64,000 nt of DNA from Sulfolobales archaeon HS-7 (GTDB lineage Archaea > Thermoproteota > Thermoprotei_A > Sulfolobales > Sulfolobaceae). The notes beneath the pieces were generated by a model. The model ran no database searches, was not told where the DNA came from, and saw nothing but the letters and a program-made list of their open reading frames with translations. The position numbers and the translations under genes are program-made. Shown here in pieces: positions 56,963 to 64,000 of the stretch. Location: the NCBI GenBank assembly GCA_019704295.1, contig AP024596.1, positions 768,001 through 832,000 of the forward strand, read 5' to 3'. Within the stretch, counting starts at the first letter, position 1, and the number at the start of each line of letters is the position of its first letter.

Positions 56963-57222
56963 GTCTTCATATACTCCTCTAACCCTGAGTCTTTTATCTT
57001 CTTTTCTATTTCTTCATCAGAAGCACCCTTAGGAATCTCTATTTTCTTATCAGTAATATCTAAGTGTAGAATGTTTGCTCTCCTTCTCTTAACCTTATTA
57101 ATACTACTAGGTCCTGTAACTAAGACGAAATTATTGTCAATTATATCTACAACTATTGCCTTTTTACCTTTTTCTTTACCCCTATTTTTCACACATATTC
57201 TTCCTACTTCTAGTGCGGACAT
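56959..57222 (-). CDS. rpl14e: 50S ribosomal protein L14e
   Basis: EVGRICVK, VVDIIDNNFVLVTGP, VKRRRANILHL. Confidence 0.96.
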   Translation of the reverse strand: MSALEVGRICVKNRGKEKGKKAIVVDIIDNNFVLVTGPSSINKVKRRRANILHLDITDKKIEIPKGASDEEIEKKIKDSGLEEYMKT

Positions 57223-57496
57223 CGTAAGGTATTTATTAAAAACACGATAAAAATCTAACTACTTCCGTAGATGAAGTTATACATCTTTATAACTCTAGGG
57301 ATTAACATTTTTCCCTCGTGTCCTTTAGGATTAACCGTGTTTATGGAACACTCAATTGCATGGAAAAAGTTTGGTCCTTGCCCTTTAAAGCACGAAGAAT
57401 TGTAACCTTTACCTATGTCAGCATTTTTCCGTTGTTAGGTTCGGTCGCCAATAAAGATTTATTATATTCAACTAGAGTAATGATGTTGGTGCACAA

Positions 57497-58126
57497 ATGT
57501 CGTCTAGAAGCAGTGCTATTAAAGATAAATGGAAAATGAAGAAGTGGTTTACCGTGTTTGCTCCAGAGCTGTTCTCTGGCGTGCCCTTGGGTCAGACTGC
57601 AGCATTTGAAGGATCGCAGATTATTGGCAGAAAAATAGAGACCACTCTATATGATCTTACTGGGGATTTCTCTCTAGTCCACGTGAAAGTTTATTTTAAA
57701 ATAACGAAAACCGATAACGAAAGGGCTTATTCCGCTTTTTACGGCCATGAAATGGCGAGGGACTACATTAGATCTCTAATAAGAAGAAAGAGTTCTAAAA
57801 TCCAGAATGTAGTTGACGTTGTGACAAAAGACGGTTATAAAATTAGAGTAAAGGCTCTAATATTAACGACATATAGGTGCCAAAGGAGGCAAAAAACCGA
57901 TATAAGGAAAATTTCTGCCGATCTTATCCAAAAGATTGCCTCAGAATCTAACTCTAATGATTTCATTTCCTCTATGTTATTTGGGAAAATATCAAATGAA
58001 ATATTTAATACATGTAAGAAAATTTATCCACTAAGGAATGTAGAGATCGAAAAAAGCAAGGTTTTTGGACAAACTATTATTTCTGAGGAGAAGAAAGTTG
58101 AAAGCAGTAGTATTAGCGGCGGGTAA
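57497..58126 (+). CDS. rps3ae: 30S ribosomal protein S3Ae (eS1)
   Basis: KDKWKMKKW, RDYIRSLIRR, TKDGY, KIYPLR. Confidence 0.97.
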   Translation: MSSRSSAIKDKWKMKKWFTVFAPELFSGVPLGQTAAFEGSQIIGRKIETTLYDLTGDFSLVHVKVYFKITKTDNERAYSAFYGHEMARDYIRSLIRRKSSKIQNVVDVVTKDGYKIRVKALILTTYRCQRRQKTDIRKISADLIQKIASESNSNDFISSMLFGKISNEIFNTCKKIYPLRNVEIEKSKVFGQTIISEEKKVESSSISGG

Positions 58127-59285
58127 AGGCGAAAGGCTTGAGCCTATAACCCATACCAGAAATAAAACCCTTGCTCCTCTATTGGGCGAAACTCTTTTAG
58201 AAAGAACTATTAATATCTTATCTGAATTTGTTGACGAGATTTACCTAATTGTTGATAATCCCGAACAGTTTACTTCTATTATAAATAATCCTATTTTAAG
58301 AGTAGTCGTTCAGGAAGAACAGAAGGGAACGGCTTTTGCATTAAAGTCAGTAAATCTTAACGATGAGTTCATATTAGTTTATGGCGATATTTACGCGGAT
58401 AGTGGATTATTTTCTAAAGTTGCTTCCTGCAGTGGTAATTGTGTCGTGGGAGTTGAAGTGGGGAATCCAAATGAATATGGAGTATTAAATTATCAGAATG
58501 ATAGACTTGTTGAGATTATCGAGAAACCAGAGGTATTTATAGGAAATTATGTAAATGCCGGTATATATAAATTTTCTGAAAAAATTTTTAATTATATCGA
58601 TAAAATTAGTCCGTCAGTAAGGGGAGAATACGAACTCACTGATGCAGTAAATCTTCTAGCTAAAGAAAACGAGGTAAAAGTGATCACGTATTCAGGCACT
58701 TGGCTTGATGTAGGAAGACCTTGGCAAGTTATAGAATTAAATAAACTTGCGTTACAAAAAATCGAAACAAAAATAGAGGGAGAAATCGAAAGAGAGGTTA
58801 AAATAAAAGGGAGGGTTATTATTGAGAGAGGGGCGCGAATAAGAGGCTGTTCATATATTGAAGGGCCTGCTTATATTGGTTCAAATACGGAGGTAGGCCC
58901 AAACGCTCATATACGTCCATATACGGTGATAGGAAGAGGCGCTAAAGTTGGAACGAGTGTTGAAGTTAAAGAGAGTGTAATTATGGAGAATACAAAGATA
59001 CCCCACTTAAGCTATGTAGGGGATAGTGTTATATGTGAAAGTGTGAATCTCGGTGCGGGTACTATTACTGCTAACCTTAGATTCGATGAGGAAAGCGTAA
59101 AGGTTAATGTAAGAGGAGTTAAAGTGTCGTCCGGTAGAAAGAAGCTGGGCGCGTTCATTGGAGGTTATGTTAAGACTGGAATAAACGTCTCTATTATGCC
59201 AGGAGTAAAGATTGGGGCTTACTCTATTATATATCCCAATAAAGTAGTGGATAGGGACGTTAATAAAGGAGAAATTTTAAAGTGA
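58098..59285 (+). CDS. glmU: Bifunctional sugar-1-phosphate nucleotidylyl/acetyltransferase (GlmU-like)
   Basis: TTG start KAVVLAAGKGERLEP, RGEYELTD, PHLSYVGDS, ANLRFD. Confidence 0.9.
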   Translation: MKAVVLAAGKGERLEPITHTRNKTLAPLLGETLLERTINILSEFVDEIYLIVDNPEQFTSIINNPILRVVVQEEQKGTAFALKSVNLNDEFILVYGDIYADSGLFSKVASCSGNCVVGVEVGNPNEYGVLNYQNDRLVEIIEKPEVFIGNYVNAGIYKFSEKIFNYIDKISPSVRGEYELTDAVNLLAKENEVKVITYSGTWLDVGRPWQVIELNKLALQKIETKIEGEIEREVKIKGRVIIERGARIRGCSYIEGPAYIGSNTEVGPNAHIRPYTVIGRGAKVGTSVEVKESVIMENTKIPHLSYVGDSVICESVNLGAGTITANLRFDEESVKVNVRGVKVSSGRKKLGAFIGGYVKTGINVSIMPGVKIGAYSIIYPNKVVDRDVNKGEILK

Positions 59286-59444
59286 ATCTTACATTCCCTA
59301 CCGATGAGAGATTATACTTCACTACTCCGATCCTTGTTAATAGGGTAGAAGATAAGAGCTCTTTAACTTTTTCCACCGCATACTACGTACTAGATACATA
59401 TAGAGTAATAATTAATAACGAATACAATAGTATAGAATAGGGAA

Positions 59445-59550
59445 GCCGGGGTGCCCGAGCGGTCCAAGGGGGTGGGCTCGAGACCTCCAGCTAACAGTGA
59501 GTGACCCACTGCCTCCCTGAGGCACACGGGTTCGAATCCCGTCCCCGGCG
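59445..59550 (+). tRNA. tRNA-Ser(CGA) with a 21-nt intron at 37/38 (59483-59503)
   Basis: GTGGG-CT-CGA-G[ACCTCCAGCTAACAGTGAGTG]A-CCCAC; CTCG/TGAG central helix; long variable arm. Confidence 0.93.
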
Positions 59551-59594
59551 TTATGAAATGTTTATGGAGATTAATTAGGTTATAACTAGATGAC

Positions 59595-59760
59595 GGGCTG
59601 TTAGCGCATTCATTGCGAATTGTAATTTATGAGAAAGCATGATAAACTACAGTAAATTCCTAATTTTAAATCCCTACCTGTCGTTCCGGTAGTATTGAAT
59701 TGAATTTGTTACGATGACTGAAATAATAAACTGAATTCGCAATGGAGACGTAAATCGCCC
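59595..59760 (+). repeat. Family C MITE (166 bp)
   Basis: GGGCTGTTAGCGCATTCATTGCGAATT...AATTCGCAATGGAGACGTAAATCGCCC. Confidence 0.88.
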
Positions 59761-60066
59761 TGCTATATCTATATTAACCATACGTCATTGTATCTCTATT
59801 CCGACTCCTTAGTCTTTTACAAGATTAGCACTTTTTAGGGATTATATAAAACCACATAAGATTCGTCTTCTACCTTCACATCTTTCCTCGGATTCACCAT
59901 TTGATTTATTCTACGTGATAAAAGTTAGCAAGGATAGTGTTAGCCTCTTTTAAAAAGGGAGTTAGGAATGATAAACGATAAAATTGAGTACTTTATCACT
60001 AAAAGGGTAATTATTAATGATAATATTATAAGCCGTTAGTTAGCTTTGAGGAATAGTAAGACGAAG

Positions 60067-61863
60067 TTAATTACTAGTTGATATGGTTAAACAAAACGTA
60101 GGGTCAAGTCTTCTTTTTACATTAAGTATTTCTTGCGCAGTAACTATTACGTCGCTTGTAAATTCATGTCTGAACGATTCTGATAGAATTACCTCGAGGT
60201 CTTTGCACGATGCATCTGTAAATAAGACATCACCCTCGGAAATTTGTCGTCCTATTGATACATTGCCACGAATAGACACAGCAGCTGACTGACTTGCTAG
60301 TAATTTATCTAACGTTTTTTTATTATCTTGTATTTGGAGAATTTCGCCAATTCGTCTACCATGACTATCAATAACCGGAGACTTAGGCCTTAGAATGCCT
60401 CCCAATACCTCGACTCCAACTATAATCGGTTCACTACGTCTGAATACGTACCCTGGTAACAGTTTAAATTTAGCTGGTAATACGATAGCATTCAAGTTCT
60501 TTTTCTTCTTCTCCTCTCTAATTTCTTTAATCCACTTGAGATAATCATCAATTAGTTGATAAATTATGTCTCTCTGAAAAAGGTTGATATTGGAAAGTTC
60601 AGTTCCAGGTAAAACTTTTACTCTGAAGGCAAGTATAGCTCCGTATTCCTCATTCTCCTGTGCCGAAAGTTGTGCCTCCATGACGTCTTTCTTCGAAACA
60701 GGTCCTATATCTGCTAATCTAATAGGGATATTTTCTTTCTTTAAGGCGTAGACAATAGCTTCAAGGGTTCCCAGGCTGTCCGCTTTAACTACTACTCCAG
60801 AGGTATCTGAGGATATTTTTATCGCTTTTACCTCCTCTTCTATAGTCTTTTTAGCCTTTTCTAGCTCTTCTGTGCTACTTGCACTATAAAGTGGTGAACC
60901 CGCTATAGCATAATCTAGATCACTGGCAGTTATCTTGATTCCCGAAGCTGCATATGCCTCGTCTATCGGAGAATAATCTGCCTTCATCTTCATGTCTTGT
61001 AATGGTTTTGGTACCAATATACCCTTCACCTTGGTAACTATTATACCGTTACTTCCCGCTAGCACTATTGTGTCATTTTTCCTTAATATTCCGTCGTAAA
61101 GAATCACGTCAATGGTTGTTCCTAAGCCAAGTTCTTCTTTAACTTCCATCACTACTCCTTTTGCTGATCCTTCAACAAATCTTAATCTGGCCTTCATATA
61201 ATGTTGGGTTAACCCAGCCAAAATAGCTAGCAATTCAGGTATACCCTCACCTGTTTTTCCGGAAACGGGAATTATGGTAACTGCCTTAGTGAAGTCTGAT
61301 ACTCTGTCAAATCTATCGCTATTTATACCATATGTCGATAGTTCCACTACTATCTCGTAGATCTTTCTGTCTAAATAGTCTAACGTAGATTTATCCTGTT
61401 TTTCTACCGAAAATAAAAAGGGCTGATCTTGCTGAACTTTCCATCCAGGAATTCTATCGATTTTATTTGCTGCTACGATAAACGGTACTTTCCTTGCCCT
61501 CAGCAATTCTAACGACTCTTTAGTTTGATTTTGAAAACCTTCCATAACATCAACAACCAATATTGCGATATCCGATACGCTTCCACCGCGTACTCTTAAA
61601 TTAGAGAATAATTCATGACCAGGGGTGTCAATAAATAGCAAACCGGGAATCTCTAGTTTAATAGGGATTTTCTTTCTTAATGGAGAAGCTAACTTTTCTA
61701 TGACTGAGGCAGGAACTAAACTTGCACCGACTTCTTGAGTCATTTCTCCTGGTTCCTTCTTGACTACCGCTGTTCCCCTTATCTTATCTAATAATGTGGT
61801 CTTTCCATGGTCTACATGACCTAACACTACTACAATAGGTTGTCTTAATACTTTCTTTGACAT
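60067..61863 (-). CDS. infB: Translation initiation factor aIF5B (IF-2)
   Basis: [27 protein letters not shown]; no intein. Confidence 0.98.
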   Translation of the reverse strand: MSKKVLRQPIVVVLGHVDHGKTTLLDKIRGTAVVKKEPGEMTQEVGASLVPASVIEKLASPLRKKIPIKLEIPGLLFIDTPGHELFSNLRVRGGSVSDIAILVVDVMEGFQNQTKESLELLRARKVPFIVAANKIDRIPGWKVQQDQPFLFSVEKQDKSTLDYLDRKIYEIVVELSTYGINSDRFDRVSDFTKAVTIIPVSGKTGEGIPELLAILAGLTQHYMKARLRFVEGSAKGVVMEVKEELGLGTTIDVILYDGILRKNDTIVLAGSNGIIVTKVKGILVPKPLQDMKMKADYSPIDEAYAASGIKITASDLDYAIAGSPLYSASSTEELEKAKKTIEEEVKAIKISSDTSGVVVKADSLGTLEAIVYALKKENIPIRLADIGPVSKKDVMEAQLSAQENEEYGAILAFRVKVLPGTELSNINLFQRDIIYQLIDDYLKWIKEIREEKKKKNLNAIVLPAKFKLLPGYVFRRSEPIIVGVEVLGGILRPKSPVIDSHGRRIGEILQIQDNKKTLDKLLASQSAAVSIRGNVSIGRQISEGDVLFTDASCKDLEVILSESFRHEFTSDVIVTAQEILNVKRRLDPTFCLTISTSN

Positions 61864-62109
61864 CTTATCACCTCACCATACGATTTTGATGTCAAATTGT
61901 TTGCCTCACTATTAGTATTATAGCTTCTCGGTTTTAACGTCAAGCTATGTAGAATTTTTATTAATATTTATCATAATAATATAATTTTAAAAAAATTTTA
62001 CTTAGTATATATATATATTAATAATACATATCTTGATCGAGCTTGAAGCGCGGAGCAAGCTAATTTCATGACCTAATTTTTTAATTTATATTGTAGTAGT
62101 AATAAGTAA

Positions 62110-62467
62110 TAGCGTGTAATCCATAATTAACGCAAGAAACTAGATAAATTAAAATGTTATAAAATACATTCCCTAGAATTAAAATAGTTGTGTTATAGAG
62201 AGAAATAGTATAAAATTAGTTTATTCAAAGTACCCTAATGTAATAACATATTTTTAAGTATTAGAGCTAAAACTAGGTTTTCAGTGTAATGGGTTTAACG
62301 TTTACAAGGAAATGACGGATATTTTGAGCTTAGTAAGTTAGTAAAAGCACTTAATCTCTCGCAATTCCCCGTAATATAATCCCGATTATCCGTGATAGGG
62401 AGAGTTATTCATATATAGAAGAATTTAGTTTTTAAAGTAAATAATATTTGTTATACATTACACACTA
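62110..62467 (+). repeat. Family A MITE-like element, full copy (358 bp)
   Basis: TIRs TAGCGTGTAATCCATAA / rc TAGTGTGTAATGTATAA; collinear with the 24620 and 29695 copies. Confidence 0.9.
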
Positions 62468-62653
62468 TTCTGACAATCAACAGCATAAAATAATTAAAAC
62501 GAGTGTGTAAAGGGAGATTGGTATTATATTCACTGTGAAAGTTCCTCATATATAGTTTCTTAATATTCTTTATTATTTTAAATTTTAATAATAATATCAA
62601 AAGAAATAGTACAAAAATGAATAAGATAAAATTAAAAACCTATATCTAAAAAA

Positions 62654-63121
62654 CTATTGCGTACTCGTGACTACTACTTCCTTTTTCTTATTAATTTCCA
62701 TTTTAACTTTTTCTAATTCGTCTGTCATCTGTCTTATTGCGAGCGTAAGTAAATCTTTATGCGCTTCGCGGACATGTTCTTCTGCATCATCACTTTGTAC
62801 ATTTATATCGCACTTTGTGCATTTATATAAACCTGAAGTTTTCTCCTTTGTAACTATTGGCTTAACTCCTTTCGATATCCTCTTTAATATTGGAATAATC
62901 TTTCTAGCTCTAGGTTCGCCTCCACTTTTTTCAATTATCCTTTGTGTATAACCCCTTAACTGGTGTTTTGATATCCCATATCTATAAGCTACTGTAGCAG
63001 GGCCTTCGCCCTTCACTAGATATTCTTCCAGAGCGTTAAGGAGATAGTCGTTCCCTCCTAATATTTTTAGTGCTATATAATTTATTAAGGATTTGGTATC
63101 TACTTGTTTCATTAAAATCAC
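62654..63121 (-). CDS. Putative DNA-binding protein: HTH plus C2H2 zinc finger
   Basis: PATVAYRYGISKHQLRG (HTH-like); CTKC-x11-HVREAH. Confidence 0.7.
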   Translation of the reverse strand: MILMKQVDTKSLINYIALKILGGNDYLLNALEEYLVKGEGPATVAYRYGISKHQLRGYTQRIIEKSGGEPRARKIIPILKRISKGVKPIVTKEKTSGLYKCTKCDINVQSDDAEEHVREAHKDLLTLAIRQMTDELEKVKMEINKKKEVVVTSTQ

Positions 63122-63249
63122 CCGATCTAAACTATTGTTATGTAGACTGAGTTTAAAAGGAATTGTGTTTATACAGTTATGATCTCACGTACTTATTCAT
63201 ACTAGTGAAAAAGTATATGTAATAATCTCTTCTCACTTAATGGAAAAGC

Positions 63250-63699
63250 TTAATTGATTAATTTTCTCACACAATAGAGGAGAACTGCTGCTAGTTGGGG
63301 AGCGCCAATATCACCTACAGCTATGTCCATGCTTATTTCCTCGCCGAAACTAGTATCCACCTTTGAGAACTTTTCATCAAGTCCATGAAATACTAACATG
63401 GTCGGTATATTTTTAAAAAGTTCAGAATAATTTACTTTTTGTCCGCTACCTGGCGTGACTAAATACACTTTTTCAGGTCTAATCAGCTCCACCGCGTCCT
63501 TAAGGTCTGGAAGTATGATAATTCCTTTTCCTAATTTATACGCCATTTTATTTACTTCAGGTATCCCTGCCTGTGCTGCCGTTCCTCCTACCTTTGTTGC
63601 AACCAAAATTCCATTATCGGTTAAAGAGTAGACTACTTTTGCAAATTCAATTAACCTCTGGACACTAATCACATTATGAATAACCACATATATCTTCAT
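63250..63699 (-). CDS. DUF2122 (SPOUT-like, usually annotated RecB-family nuclease) protein
   Basis: [38 protein letters not shown]; start taken at ATG 63699. Confidence 0.7.
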   Translation of the reverse strand: MKIYVVIHNVISVQRLIEFAKVVYSLTDNGILVATKVGGTAAQAGIPEVNKMAYKLGKGIIILPDLKDAVELIRPEKVYLVTPGSGQKVNYSELFKNIPTMLVFHGLDEKFSKVDTSFGEEISMDIAVGDIGAPQLAAVLLYCVRKLIN

Positions 63700-64000
63700 A
63701 TTTTCCTCTAATATAACGTGCAATCGCATTAGATAAGCTTACTGGAACAGACTCTCCTACCTGGTTATACTGTTCGTCTCTCGAACCATAAAAGACATGG
63801 AAGTCTGGGTACAACATTAATCTTGCCTGTTCTCTAACCGTCAGGAAACGATCCTCAAATGGATGAATAAATCTAGATCCACCCATTACTGTTGGTGCTA
63901 TCTCATTAGGATCTAAACGGCGGTATAAAGGTATCTTCTTTCCACTACCCTCATACATGGACATATATTCATTAAATGAGAGATTAACTATTTTTCTTAG
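63674..64000 (-). CDS. C5-cytosine DNA methyltransferase, C-terminal part (frame open to the window edge)
   Basis: [18 protein letters not shown] (motif IX), QVGESVP (motif X). Confidence 0.9.
   Translation of the reverse strand, partial: LRKIVNLSFNEYMSMYEGSGKKIPLYRRLDPNEIAPTVMGGSRFIHPFEDRFLTVREQARLMLYPDFHVFYGSRDEQYNQVGESVPVSLSNAIARYIRGKYEDICGYS

Overview
This is an AT-rich core-chromosome segment of a crenarchaeon, almost certainly Sulfolobales. Support: an unsplit RpoB, short XPF, ThyX, a TFB3-like factor, an ESCRT-III paralog, an Lrs14-type regulator and an intron-containing cbf5. It holds about 55 housekeeping genes for transcription, translation, tRNA/rRNA modification, the exosome and DNA repair, plus six tRNA genes, two with BHB introns. 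No CRISPR array, rRNA gene or intact transposase was found. The unexplained structure lies in the intergenic DNA, where most large gaps are filled by decayed mobile DNA. (i) A ~360-bp TIR-bounded repeat has at least 6 copies; its best-conserved block is an inward-facing BRE-TATA, and its two termini appear to co-vary within each copy. (ii) A ~165-bp TIR-bounded MITE has 4 copies. (iii) An ISH3/IS4-like element is present in four states of decay, one shortened by a microhomology-bounded deletion. (iv) There is one IS630 pseudo-element. (v) Three co-oriented IS200/IS605 (TnpB omega-RNA) right ends sit at the 3' ends of core genes. The cbf5 gene is interrupted by an 18-nt BHB-type intron inside the catalytic Asp codon. 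All calls were made by eye from motifs; no database searches were run.
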